A stretch of 44,038 nucleotides of DNA from an uncultured Clostridia bacterium (GTDB lineage Bacteria > Bacillota > Clostridia > Oscillospirales > CAG-272), in assembly GCA_947367285.1 (NCBI GenBank), contig CANBDB010000001.1, positions 1 through 44,038 on the forward strand, read 5' to 3'. Position 1 is the stretch's first letter; each line of letters opens with the position of its first letter. The translations under genes and the position numbers were made by a program. The notes beneath the pieces were generated by a model. The model was not told where the DNA came from, did not search any database, and was given only the letters and a program-made list of their open reading frames with translations. Shown here piece by piece: positions 18,111 to 27,772 of the stretch.

Positions 18111-21100
18111 TCACCCCTCGCCGACATACCAATCGTCGTAGGCAGAGTCAACGATCTTGATGGTGTTACTGTTTCTCACCGAGCTGATCATACCCGCCGG
18201 TGTCCACACGTCGGTTGCCATAACGGACACAATATAGTTACCGTTGGGATACCACAAGGGTGTGAAGTGGAGTCTTTCGTTCAGATCCGCAGTTGTATTT
18301 CTGACAAATACCCAAGCACCGCCGTATTTTTCAAGGCTTCGGAAGCTGTCGATTGTCTTGGCATACTTGAATTCGGGGAAAGCTGCTTCTACTCTCTGAA
18401 CCGAGGTATAGGCAGAGCTTGCGGGCATCGTGTATCCGCTGATACTCGTGATAGAGGGAGCATAGCTCAGATAGATGCCGTATCCCGATCTCATTTGCCA
18501 CTGACCGGACGTGTATTTTGCGGAGGGACTGTCTTCATCGGGTGTGATGGTGGGAGCAGTACTGCTGATCGCCACACCGTAATTCTTCTTCACGAAGCTG
18601 CCGTTGGAGTACGTCCAAAGGCTCCATGTTGCAGATCCCGCACTTGTGGAAGGTGCGGACGGAATGGAGAATCCGTTCGGTTTGGTTTCCTCGTACTGCG
18701 TGTCGGGTGTCTGCGAGGTGTTGACCTTCGCCACAGTCCTTGTCAGCGTTGCGGTGTTGTTTGAGGTGTTATACTCGTCAAATCCGTTTTCCGAGTTGAC
18801 TACAGCCTTGCAATACACCGTTTTTCCGGCAATGGTAGAAGGTACCGTCCACTTGAAATACACGAGGTTATTGTCGTATGAGGGAATGACCGCTTGCTTC
18901 CAAGTCTGAGTGGAAATCACGACCTTCGTGCTTCCGTTGTAATAATAGGCTTCAAAGGAAACCGTATTATTATGGCTCGGAATGATGTTATGACGGTTAT
19001 TGTTGTAGATACGGTAACTCGTCACCACAGTCATTCCGGCACGGTAGTCGCTGTTGGGTGTTATCGCTTGGATCGTCAAGTCGATCTTGGGCTTGACGGT
19101 AACCTGCACGGTTGAGGTTTCGTTGTTGTTGGGATTGATTTCCGAGGAATGGTTCGGCCAATTCACTCGCACCTTGATGTTGTTGACTCCAACGGTACCG
19201 CCCACATTGAGGTTCAGCGTGTGGTTCTTACCGCCGTACACAGCGTAGTCGACGTACTCGGTATAAATGACCTCGCCGTTATACAGAAGCTGTACGGGAA
19301 TGTCGTTGTAGGCATTATACCGATCCCACGAGTCGGTTCGGAAGGTCACCTTTACGGTTTCATTCTCGTAACAGGTCGTGGGTGTGATCTGCAAGCTTGA
19401 CACCGAGAATTCATAGTATTTGTTGACTGTCGCTGTGGTCGAGGTGCTGTTGTTATAGGCATTGTCCTCGCCGTATCGGTAAGACCAGTTGATTCGTGCT
19501 GTAATGGTCTGTGAACCAAGGGAACTCATCGGAATGGAATAGGTGTGGCTGTTTCTTCCGTAGGCGGAGAAGTCCACGTATTCGCTCTTAACAACGGTGT
19601 TACCCACGAGAAGTTCGACAAGGATATCGTTATAGGCAACGTCCATATTCCAGTTGTCTGAAATGAAGGATACCGTTACATAGTCGCCTTGATACACCGT
19701 GCTCGGTGTTACGCTGATGCTCGATACCGAGAAATCATAGGTGCTGTCAATGGTTTGGTTGGGTGTGATCGTCTCGGTTGCGGAGTTGTCATAGGGATCC
19801 GTTTCGTAGTCCTTATAGGCCCAGTTGATTCGAGCTTCAAGGGTTCGGGTATAGGTTCCCGAATAGTAGACGCTCAGCGTCTGATCGATGCCCTCATAAG
19901 CGTCGAAATACTTGGTTGCGGAGTAGATGCGTGATCCGTTGAGATACACCTCACAGAGAGCAGAACCGCTGATATCGGTCCAGTTCTTCCACCACAGATC
20001 CACCGTACCGTAGCTGTCTTGATCGGGTTGCTCGATGCCGAAGATATACACGCCATAGTCCTGGTCGTATTTCACGTCGGGAACCGTAGGCGTTACCGTT
20101 CTTGTTCTGAGGTTATCGTTGGGATCGGTTTCCTGATTTCGGTTGGCATAGTTGATCTTAGCGGTAAGAGTCTGTGTGCTTGTGCCGGGATAATACACGC
20201 TGAAGGTGCTCTGTACGGCAGAACCACCTGCGATGGTCTTATTGCCCGACCAAATCCTTGTAGATCCTCGGTACAGTTCACAGAGAACCGTTCCGCTTTC
20301 TGACTTATAGTTTCGCCAGTTGACGACAACGGTTCCGTAACCGTCTGCGGTAGGTGTAGACACCGTGCCGAAGTAGGTTCCGTAGTCAATCTCCTTGTAC
20401 TCGGGTTCCTGGACGGCTACAGGAAGCCATCTCATGCCCCAACCGCCGCCTTTGACAACGTCGTTATAGTCCCATTTCTTTGAGTCATCGGTGACGGCAT
20501 ACACGGGATATCCGAACCAAGACTCTTCAAGCTGCACAGAGGTCGGCATGTGTCTTTCGGGAAGAATGGCACAGTTCTGACCGCTTCCTCCGCTTTTGTT
20601 CCAGTCGTACCAGCCGTTCAGCTCACAGAGAGCGAACTCGGTTGCAGTGAACGCAAGCTTTGTTACCTTGTCCTTGAGGTTCAGAATAACCATAGGCTCA
20701 TATACGATTACCCACGGTACTCGGTTGCTCGTTCCATTGGGATCAAGGTAGGAGTAGTCCCAATTTGTCTGACTGCGTCCACCGATGGTAAAGCGGAGTG
20801 CTCTCAGCATACTTTCCTTGGTGGTTCCTTTATCCTCTGCGATGGCATTGAGGATGGTGGACACCGTGCCGGTTGAACCGAAGTATGCCTTAACGGTACC
20901 GATATCACCATCACATACGATAGGAACCTTGGGACAGTTCGCATCGGATATAATCTTTGGAGACGTATCCATCGTCATCGTTGCACCGGAGTAATAGTCG
21001 ACCTTGGTTCCGCTACCGAACTTGACAGAGGAGGATACGTTCCACCCTGTTTTCTTCATGACAACGGTACCGATTCTGTGAAAGTCGTTTTGCAAGTTTG

Positions 21101-21302
21101 AGGACTTGGAGGCTTGATCCGATTTACCAACGAACAACGTTACCTTCCACAGGTACTGATAGGTGTTGTACCATGCATAGCCCGTGGCAGCACCATGCGT
21201 GTCGCCCGAACCGCTTTGCGCGTTATCGTCGGCAAATGCAGTAATAGAAAAAGCTGACAGCAAGGTTGCCATCAGCAGAATAATGCTCAGTATTCTTTTC
21301 AA
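18111..21302 (-). CDS. Large secreted repeat protein (putative adhesin with CARDB/Ig-like tandem modules)
   Basis: 1063 aa. Signal peptide ...SITAFA|DDN, unknown ~280-aa N-domain, five ~100-aa repeats, unknown C-domain. No LPXTG and no C-terminal TM. Confidence 0.75.
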   Translation of the reverse strand: MKRILSIILLMATLLSAFSITAFADDNAQSGSGDTHGAATGYAWYNTYQYLWKVTLFVGKSDQASKSSNLQNDFHRIGTVVMKKTGWNVSSSVKFGSGTKVDYYSGATMTMDTSPKIISDANCPKVPIVCDGDIGTVKAYFGSTGTVSTILNAIAEDKGTTKESMLRALRFTIGGRSQTNWDYSYLDPNGTSNRVPWVIVYEPMVILNLKDKVTKLAFTATEFALCELNGWYDWNKSGGSGQNCAILPERHMPTSVQLEESWFGYPVYAVTDDSKKWDYNDVVKGGGWGMRWLPVAVQEPEYKEIDYGTYFGTVSTPTADGYGTVVVNWRNYKSESGTVLCELYRGSTRIWSGNKTIAGGSAVQSTFSVYYPGTSTQTLTAKINYANRNQETDPNDNLRTRTVTPTVPDVKYDQDYGVYIFGIEQPDQDSYGTVDLWWKNWTDISGSALCEVYLNGSRIYSATKYFDAYEGIDQTLSVYYSGTYTRTLEARINWAYKDYETDPYDNSATETITPNQTIDSTYDFSVSSISVTPSTVYQGDYVTVSFISDNWNMDVAYNDILVELLVGNTVVKSEYVDFSAYGRNSHTYSIPMSSLGSQTITARINWSYRYGEDNAYNNSTSTTATVNKYYEFSVSSLQITPTTCYENETVKVTFRTDSWDRYNAYNDIPVQLLYNGEVIYTEYVDYAVYGGKNHTLNLNVGGTVGVNNIKVRVNWPNHSSEINPNNNETSTVQVTVKPKIDLTIQAITPNSDYRAGMTVVTSYRIYNNNRHNIIPSHNNTVSFEAYYYNGSTKVVISTQTWKQAVIPSYDNNLVYFKWTVPSTIAGKTVYCKAVVNSENGFDEYNTSNNTATLTRTVAKVNTSQTPDTQYEETKPNGFSIPSAPSTSAGSATWSLWTYSNGSFVKKNYGVAISSTAPTITPDEDSPSAKYTSGQWQMRSGYGIYLSYAPSITSISGYTMPASSAYTSVQRVEAAFPEFKYAKTIDSFRSLEKYGGAWVFVRNTTADLNERLHFTPLWYPNGNYIVSVMATDVWTPAGMISSVRNSNTIKIVDSAYDDWYVGEG
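18815..20390 (-). repeat. Five tandem ~100-aa beta-rich modules inside the 1063-aa gene (approximate bounds)
   Basis: Repeated patterns YGT(V/Y)...W(R/K)N(Y/W)...LCE(L/V)Y...INYA/INWAY...ETDP.DN and Y(D/E)FSVSS(I/L)...AYNDI(L/P)V(E/Q)LL...INW. Confidence 0.6.
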
Positions 21303-21328
21303 GCTTTTTCTCCTTTCTGAAAGTAATT

Positions 21329-21352
21329 GACGGCACCGCTTTGGGTGCCGTC
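21329..21352 (-). other. Stem-loop between the acidic-protein gene and the adhesin gene
   Basis: GACGGCACC-GCTTTG-GGTGCCGTC, 9-bp GC-rich stem with only a weak T-tract. Confidence 0.45.
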
Positions 21353-21368
21353 CGTGATTGTCTTATTC

Positions 21369-22082
21369 TTAGAAGTGGATGCCTTCGCCGGGACGATCCT
21401 CGCCTTCGCCTACATAGTCATCGACAGGCTTGTCATCGATCTCGGTTTCGGTATCGTCATCGAAGGGATTATCTCCACCGATGGAGGGGTTATATTCGGG
21501 TGCGTTTTTATTGCCGTCATCGACGTTTTCCTCTTCGTCTCTGACCTCGACGTCGCCCTTTTCACCGCCTTCGGTGCTTGTTTTCTCGTCTTCTACGATG
21601 ACGGGCTTATCCTTTTCCTCTTCTTTTGCGGGAGTCTTTTCTTCCTTCTCCTTGATGATCTCGTCGTTTCTGTCCTCACCGCTTGCAGGTCCGGTTTCTA
21701 CGGTGTTCTTATCCTTCTCACCGCTTACTACCTTATCCTTGTCTTTGCTCGTGTCGACCGTAGGCGTTTTGTCCTTCACATCCTCTTCGGTTCCGGTTTC
21801 CACCTTGGGATCGCCTTCCTTGGGAGGCTTGGTTGTGTCGATTTCATCGGTATCGGTTTCATCGTCGGTGGGATCGGTTACCACGGGAGGCGTGATGCTC
21901 GGATCATCGGTCGTGTCAGTCGGATCGGAGGTGTCGGTCGGGATTTGGATGCTGACGTTGGTATCAGTGGTGCCACCGCCATCGACGGGCTTATCTCCAC
22001 CGAAGCCGGGGATGAGGAATCCTGCGATAATTGCGACGATAAGACCTACCGCTACATAAATGATGATTTGTGTTCTTGTCAT
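21369..22082 (-). CDS. Membrane-anchored, extremely acidic low-complexity protein
   Basis: 237 aa from ATG 22082. One N-terminal TM (IIIYVAVGLIVAIIAGFLI), then ~200 aa dominated by D/E/T/K/P. Confidence 0.6.
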   Translation of the reverse strand: MTRTQIIIYVAVGLIVAIIAGFLIPGFGGDKPVDGGGTTDTNVSIQIPTDTSDPTDTTDDPSITPPVVTDPTDDETDTDEIDTTKPPKEGDPKVETGTEEDVKDKTPTVDTSKDKDKVVSGEKDKNTVETGPASGEDRNDEIIKEKEEKTPAKEEEKDKPVIVEDEKTSTEGGEKGDVEVRDEEENVDDGNKNAPEYNPSIGGDNPFDDDTETEIDDKPVDDYVGEGEDRPGEGIHF

Positions 22083-22114
22083 AGTTTCATGACCATCCTT
22101 TCTTGAGCTTATGC

Positions 22115-22597
22115 TCACTCTTTTAAGGTGAGGCTTCGGGTGACGGTGATCGGGATCTCGAGGTCGAAGATGTGTTCTCCCGCGAAGGCCACGGGAATCA
22201 TCACCGTGTAGCTCGCCTTTAGTTTCAGGGCTTTGTCTACCTTGTAGGTAACATTCGGATTAGTCATGGAGTAGACGATTTCGCCGTCTGCACCATAATT
22301 ATACAAACGGTTTTTTGAAGAGTCCAGAGACAATTCGGAAGAAGTTTGCGAAATATAAAAATTTTCATCAAAATCTTCTGTGAAATCATGCCCTTGCTTG
22401 ATGGAGTTGTAAATGTCGATCGAATTCTTCATGATGAAGGACTCGAGGACACGTTCGGTATCGGCTCGGGTGGTCTGAATGATGGTCATGCACTGTGCGT
22501 AAAAAAGCACCGCCGACAAGATCATGGCGATGACGATAGTGATCACGCAAGGCGTGAAATATCCACCGCCTCGGGTGTCTTTCAGCAGTTTCTTCAT
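22115..22597 (-). CDS. TadE-like pseudopilin
   Basis: 160 aa. Short basic leader MKKLLKDTRGGG, then YFTPCVITIVIAMILSAVLF. Confidence 0.6.
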   Translation of the reverse strand: MKKLLKDTRGGGYFTPCVITIVIAMILSAVLFYAQCMTIIQTTRADTERVLESFIMKNSIDIYNSIKQGHDFTEDFDENFYISQTSSELSLDSSKNRLYNYGADGEIVYSMTNPNVTYKVDKALKLKASYTVMIPVAFAGEHIFDLEIPITVTRSLTLKE

Positions 22598-22607
22598 TCA
22601 TACCACC

Positions 22608-23030
22608 TCACTTCCAATACTTTTGGGACAGTCCCGAGAAGGTTGCTTTGAGCGTAACGGGGATCTTGAATACACCAAGCCCTCGGACGTAGGTCTGATA
22701 GGTCAGCGTTACGTGGATGGTTTCACCGAGCTGCACCTTTCCGGTGGAGGCGTTGTAATAGGTTGTACCGCTATAGCTGACCGATGGGCTGATACCAAGC
22801 TCGTCGCAAAGCTCGTTGTATCGGTCTGTCGCCTGTTCGTTGGTTCTGCCGTAGGTGGTGGCTGTGTCGATGAGTTCCTTTGCGAAGTGATCCATGTCTT
22901 GCTTGAGTGTCAGAAAGCTGAACACGTTGAGAGCAAGAACAATGACCATCATCGCCGCCATCACACAGACCACCGTATCGATATATCCTTCGGCTTTGTT
23001 TGTTTTAAATGGTTTGAGAAGTCTCTTCAT
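22608..23030 (-). CDS. Pseudopilin (DUF4320/TadE-like)
   Basis: 140 aa. Leader MKRLLKPFKTNKAEG, then YIDTVVCVMAAMMVIVLAL. Same AEG-Y junction as the major pilins. Confidence 0.6.
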   Translation of the reverse strand: MKRLLKPFKTNKAEGYIDTVVCVMAAMMVIVLALNVFSFLTLKQDMDHFAKELIDTATTYGRTNEQATDRYNELCDELGISPSVSYSGTTYYNASTGKVQLGETIHVTLTYQTYVRGLGVFKIPVTLKATFSGLSQKYWK

Positions 23031-23043
23031 ACATCCACCTCCT

Positions 23044-23913
23044 TTAACCGAAGAGGACTCCGATAGAGTTCATGATCTCCATGCCGATGACTACGATATA
23101 GATCAGCATAAAACAGAAGAGCAAGCACATGGAAAGGCGCTTGACCTTGCCGGGGATCTTCTGCGCTTGCTGCTTTAAGAGCTGTCTTTGGTAGTCCGAA
23201 AACTTCACCGCAAGACCTGCCCAATACACGTCGGTTTCATCACCGCGAAGCACACCGATCAGACCTCTCGTTACGTCAGACAGCATGGAGGAGCCGACAC
23301 GGGACTCGAATCTCGTGAGGGCTGCTTCGTAGTTACCCGAGCGCATATCCGCAATGGTGATTTCAAGCTCTTGCTTCAGCTCATCACCTGCGTTGTTCTT
23401 GTAGGAGTCAAGGATATACAGCACGTCTCTGTTGTGCTTCAGCGTTTTCTCAATGTGAGAGACAAAGCGAGGAAGCTCGTATTCGATGTGTCTGCGCTTC
23501 TCCTTGATCTTATCGGCAACGCCCTTGGACGCCTTGAAGTACATCATTACGGCAAGGGCTACGATAATGGGAGAAAGCAACGGGAAGATGAAGAGCATCG
23601 GAACGGCAAGGATGCCGATGAGCATGGACTTGACGATGCTGTTTGCGATGTGCATTTCGGGTGACATATTCACACCCGCTGAGCGAAGGTCGATTTCAAG
23701 CTGCATTCGCTTGAATTCGTTGATGCGGAGCCGTTTGGAGATCCACATGGCAAGGTCGCCGAGCCAGATATCCAGCGTGCTCGTTTTCTTTTCCTGACGC
23801 TTGGCGAGGTTGTTGATCGCCTTGGAGGTCTTGAAGAACGGTACACGGAAGCAGTCCGCGAGAATGAGAAAAAGTCCGACTCCAAAGATAGAGCCGATAA
23901 GCGCTTGTAACAT
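23044..23913 (-). CDS. tadC: TadC-like platform protein (T2SS F family)
   Basis: 289 aa, polytopic: N-terminal TM, cytoplasmic domain, C-terminal TM pair. Downstream of the TadB-like gene. Confidence 0.7.
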   Translation of the reverse strand: MLQALIGSIFGVGLFLILADCFRVPFFKTSKAINNLAKRQEKKTSTLDIWLGDLAMWISKRLRINEFKRMQLEIDLRSAGVNMSPEMHIANSIVKSMLIGILAVPMLFIFPLLSPIIVALAVMMYFKASKGVADKIKEKRRHIEYELPRFVSHIEKTLKHNRDVLYILDSYKNNAGDELKQELEITIADMRSGNYEAALTRFESRVGSSMLSDVTRGLIGVLRGDETDVYWAGLAVKFSDYQRQLLKQQAQKIPGKVKRLSMCLLFCFMLIYIVVIGMEIMNSIGVLFG

Positions 23914-23925
23914 AGACTACCTCCT

Positions 23926-24852
23926 TTACTTCTTGTATTCGATGGGCTTCGTATATTTCATCATAAACATTGCCGTTATGAGAATGACCACGCCGCAGAT
24001 GGCAAGGACAATCTTGCCGGGGATGGAGAACATCAAGGCATCGAACCACGCTGTGTTGAGCATATACAGAAGCGGGATATTGCCTACCACAAGGCAGACC
24101 ATCATCCAGTACTCCTTTTTCACCTCTCCGAGCATGGTTTTCAGCTCGTTGTTGACGATTCGCACGTCGGTCAGCTTTGCTACGATGGGCAGGAGCGTAT
24201 CCTTCAGCGTTCTGTCATCCTGACAGGCGATCAAGGTGTCGCACCATTCCTCATAGATGCTGTCGCTGATCTTTTCCTTCAGGTTTCTCAGTGCGGTTTT
24301 AAGGTCGGAGGAGATCATCATGGCATCGCCGATGAAGGACTGAAAGATCCCTTTCACGGGAGGCTTGAGATATACGATGTTCTCCTGAACCGCACCGAGG
24401 ATGTCATCGGAACGGATATACGAGGTGGTGATGATGGACAGCGCCGTTTCCATTTCCTCCCGCACGTGACGGTCATAGGCCGCAATGGTGCTTTTGATAT
24501 AGAAAAACGGCATACACGCAAATGCCACCGCAAACACGGGGATCATAAAATAGTTGTCAATGACTACCGCTACAATGCATCCCACGATCAGCAAAAGGAT
24601 AGAAGCTGCACACGCGATGGTGAACTGTTTTCCTTTACCGGTGGCATCGAGGGCATCTCTGATGTGGAGGATCTCGTTTGTCAGCCTTCGGGATTTCTTC
24701 TTGCCCTTGGCGATGAGCACCTTATCTCTCAGCGTTTGTTTGGGAGAGACAAAGCGCATGAGGTCATCGGTGATGCTTTCGGGGGTAAGCCCGAGCAGAA
24801 TGACGGTTGCTGCACATAAAAGCAGAAACCCGATCAGATAAAACACGATCAT
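23926..24852 (-). CDS. tadB: TadB-like platform protein (T2SS F family)
   Basis: 308 aa, same topology as the TadC-like protein. 4-nt overlap with the ATPase gene. Confidence 0.7.
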   Translation of the reverse strand: MIVFYLIGFLLLCAATVILLGLTPESITDDLMRFVSPKQTLRDKVLIAKGKKKSRRLTNEILHIRDALDATGKGKQFTIACAASILLLIVGCIVAVVIDNYFMIPVFAVAFACMPFFYIKSTIAAYDRHVREEMETALSIITTSYIRSDDILGAVQENIVYLKPPVKGIFQSFIGDAMMISSDLKTALRNLKEKISDSIYEEWCDTLIACQDDRTLKDTLLPIVAKLTDVRIVNNELKTMLGEVKKEYWMMVCLVVGNIPLLYMLNTAWFDALMFSIPGKIVLAICGVVILITAMFMMKYTKPIEYKK

Positions 24853-26162
24853 TCGCTGTCAACTCCTTTCAAAAAACGGTTGAGTTTATTCTGCGGTACA
24901 CCATACTGAATGAGTCTTCGGCGTAGGCTGTCGGACATCATATTCGGCTTGCAGAAGTGACCTTCAATGATAAACTGCTCATCCTCGATGGTGTTCTTGG
25001 TGATCTCGTAGTTGTACAGGCAGTTGTATTCACGTTCGCCCGCTGCGTTGATGATGCATTCGGAAATATCCATGCATTTTCTGCTGTTGTTTTCCAGCTT
25101 GTGACTGTAGACAACGATGGGAAACGCCTGACCTGCTTGCATCAGCGAGGTTTGGAAGTTGATCGGGAATCGCTTCTGACACAGAAGTGCGATTCTCATA
25201 TGAGCTGCAGAGCCGGGGCCTGCGTGTACTGTCGATACCACCGTATGACCGGTCAGCGATGCTTCCACCGCCGAGTAACATTCCACGTCACGCATCTCAC
25301 CGACGCATACGATGTCGGGGTTGAAACGAAGAGATGCTACCACGAGGTCTTCCTGTGTGATGTCATAGGCGGGGTTATCCGAAGGACGAGAGAGCGTATG
25401 CACCGCATTGTTGACGATGTGTCCGTCCTCACCTCTGCGGACGAGAGACAGTTCTCGGGAACCCGATTCAATGGTGAATACACGCTTGTTATCGGGAATA
25501 GAGGTCATGATGGCATTCAGCAAGGTGGTCTTGCCGCTTGAGGTGGCCCCTGCCACAACGAAGGGTACACCGTAGCGGATGCACATACAGAGAAAGTCCA
25601 CCATTTCCTGTGTGGCAAACCCTGTTTCCACAAGGTTTTCGAGGGTGACTCTCTGTGGATGAAGCAGTCGGATCGAGACTGCCACACCGCGCTCTTCGTC
25701 CACGATCGGCTCTTTGAGTGCAGTGATTCGGGTATTGCCGGGCAGGTGTCCCTGGCTCATGGGAGTGGCGTTGTCGATGATCATACCCGAGTGGTGGAGC
25801 AGACGTTTGATGATATCCACTGCGTGCTGTGGAGAATGGAAATGCTCCTTCAGCTTGACGATGGTACCGTCAAGGAGTGTCAAGGCAATATCGTCCCAGC
25901 CGTTGACGTTGATCTCTTCAAGGTCGGGAGAGCCGAGGAACGGAGTCAAGATGCTGTATTCTGCCATCTCGCAGTAGAGCTTATCGATCAGCTCCTTGGT
26001 GGTCATTCCTTCTACCTTGAAGTCGTTGTCTCGCAGGTACTTATCCACGTAAGCCTTGAGCTGAGAGAGCTTTGCTTTGTCGGTCAGAACGGCGGCATAA
26101 TGGGAGGACACGTACTCCTGAGTCATCCTCAGAAGAGTCCAGAAGTCGATCTGTCTTGCCAT
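24849..26162 (-). CDS. cpaF: CpaF/TadA-type secretion ATPase
   Basis: 437 aa. Walker A VVAGATSSGKTTLLNA, Asp box TIESGSRELSL, Walker B/His box region VGEMRD...GHTVVSTVHA. Confidence 0.88.
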   Translation of the reverse strand: MARQIDFWTLLRMTQEYVSSHYAAVLTDKAKLSQLKAYVDKYLRDNDFKVEGMTTKELIDKLYCEMAEYSILTPFLGSPDLEEINVNGWDDIALTLLDGTIVKLKEHFHSPQHAVDIIKRLLHHSGMIIDNATPMSQGHLPGNTRITALKEPIVDEERGVAVSIRLLHPQRVTLENLVETGFATQEMVDFLCMCIRYGVPFVVAGATSSGKTTLLNAIMTSIPDNKRVFTIESGSRELSLVRRGEDGHIVNNAVHTLSRPSDNPAYDITQEDLVVASLRFNPDIVCVGEMRDVECYSAVEASLTGHTVVSTVHAGPGSAAHMRIALLCQKRFPINFQTSLMQAGQAFPIVVYSHKLENNSRKCMDISECIINAAGEREYNCLYNYEITKNTIEDEQFIIEGHFCKPNMMSDSLRRRLIQYGVPQNKLNRFLKGVDSE

Positions 26163-26165
26163 AGA

Positions 26166-26897
26166 TTACACCACCTTTTCTACGATTGCTTTGAACTTGT
26201 CATTGAACTTCTTGTCGTTTACGACCTCGTAAAGATTGCCGTCCAGCATCTGCTGTTTGACAGCTTGGCTGTACGGAATGGTAAAGCGGACGTCGTGTAG
26301 ATGGGATTTGGCTTCTTCGATAGGCATATACAGATCCTCATCGGTCACGCAGATGCCTTCGATGTGTTCCTCGAGTCGGAACATGGGATCGATATACAGC
26401 GGAAGCTGTGAGGCAAGGTAACTGACCGACTTGAGGGTGGGCGCTGACAGACGGATAACCTCATCTGCTTCTCTTACCGCTACCTTGGACAGCGGATTTT
26501 TGAGAGAGCTTGTGCAGTCGATGATAACGTAATCCGCAAGGGATGAAAGCACGGAATAAAGGGATCTGACCTTGGTGGCATCAAAGGTAGGATAAGTGTA
26601 CTTGTTCTCACCGTCGATAAAACCGAGGAAGGCAAAGTTCTGCTTATCCTTGATGGTTACCATCTGCTTGACCACCTCATGACGGTCGATATCGGTCTTG
26701 GCAAGCGCCACACCTACCGAGCAGAGATCATCTTTCTTGTAGTTCGGGAAGATGATGGGGAGTGTCGGGGTTTCGTTATCTGCATAGACCACGACCACCG
26801 TTGCCTGATACTCATCGTAGATGGATCTTGCAAGTTTGGTGGCAAAGGTCGTTTTGCCCGAGTTCGGCGCTCCCCAAATTGCAATAACCTTCGACAT
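26166..26897 (-). CDS. ParA/MinD-like ATPase (TadZ/CpaE-like)
   Basis: 243 aa. N-terminal P-loop IAIWGAPNSGKTT. Located between the cpaB-like and cpaF genes. Confidence 0.7.
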   Translation of the reverse strand: MSKVIAIWGAPNSGKTTFATKLARSIYDEYQATVVVVYADNETPTLPIIFPNYKKDDLCSVGVALAKTDIDRHEVVKQMVTIKDKQNFAFLGFIDGENKYTYPTFDATKVRSLYSVLSSLADYVIIDCTSSLKNPLSKVAVREADEVIRLSAPTLKSVSYLASQLPLYIDPMFRLEEHIEGICVTDEDLYMPIEEAKSHLHDVRFTIPYSQAVKQQMLDGNLYEVVNDKKFNDKFKAIVEKVV

Positions 26898-27754
26898 TAA
26901 TCCTCACCGCCTTCTTCGTTATAGGTCGGATTGTTACCTCCGTGATTGGTACCCCAAATGATATCGTTGGCATCCTGAATGATGTTGTTACCACCCGAGG
27001 GATTGGTTTCGTCCGGTTCTTCGGATTCATCCTTCTCCTGTTCGGAGAGCAGTTCAAAGTACAGATCCTGTGCGTCGAGGAACTTCTGCGCCGTCTTGCT
27101 GTCGCCACGGTACACAAGGTCTGCATGGATCACACCGCGATTCTCATATTCCACAAGCATCTTCGCCTGTGTGGGATTAACGAGAAGCGTCAGCGTGGTG
27201 GGAAGCTCGTAGGTTCCGTCCTCATTGGGAGTCAGCTCGTCCTTATCGAAGCCTTCTGCCGTGGTGGTCGTGATGACCTTCACATAGGTCAGACCGCCGG
27301 GGATGGTGGCTTTATTGGTTTCGTTTTCGAAGATTACAAGGCTGACGATATCGCCGTTTTCAAGCTTGCCCGACAGACCCCCCGCGAAGGAGCTGATGGT
27401 GATACTGATGGCCTGCTTTGTGCCGTCCAAGGTATGGAACACGTCATCTGCGCTGTCCGATTTATCTGAGATCATAGACTGGAGCAGATCGGTGTTGGCT
27501 TTCAGGTCACAGGCTGCGAACTTGCCGACTACGGCTTCTTTCTTTGTAATGACATTGGCAGGAAGTCCGGTACTGCCTACGGTTACGATTTCGATATCGC
27601 TCTCCTGGATCATATGTCCCTGAACGATATCGCTTTTGAGTCTTACGATGTCGGTACGGCTGTCCGACAGCTTGTTGACCAACGGTGCTACCGCAAAGGT
27701 CACGACGAGGGCAAGCACGATACAGACGATACCGATGATTGTTCTGTTTTTCAA
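26897..27754 (-). CDS. cpaB: CpaB/RcpC-like Flp pilus assembly protein (SAF domain)
   Basis: 285 aa. N-terminal TM, then IVRLKSDIVQGHMIQESDIEIV...VVGKFAACDLKANTDLL (SAF-like). TAATG overlap with the next gene. Confidence 0.7.
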   Translation of the reverse strand: MKNRTIIGIVCIVLALVVTFAVAPLVNKLSDSRTDIVRLKSDIVQGHMIQESDIEIVTVGSTGLPANVITKKEAVVGKFAACDLKANTDLLQSMISDKSDSADDVFHTLDGTKQAISITISSFAGGLSGKLENGDIVSLVIFENETNKATIPGGLTYVKVITTTTAEGFDKDELTPNEDGTYELPTTLTLLVNPTQAKMLVEYENRGVIHADLVYRGDSKTAQKFLDAQDLYFELLSEQEKDESEEPDETNPSGGNNIIQDANDIIWGTNHGGNNPTYNEEGGED

Positions 27755-27772
27755 AGTATTACTACCTCCTGA

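Noticed and set aside
18111-18260. LPXTG sortase signal or C-terminal anchor in the 1063-aa protein
   Set aside because: The C-terminus reads ...IKIVDSAYDDWYVGEG. There is no LPXTG and no hydrophobic segment or basic tail.
21327-22106. 259-aa and 209-aa plus-strand ORFs
   Set aside because: Artefacts of the low-complexity GA/TC-rich coding sequence of the polyacidic gene on the minus strand. Their products are monotonous V/F/L/S strings without start signals.
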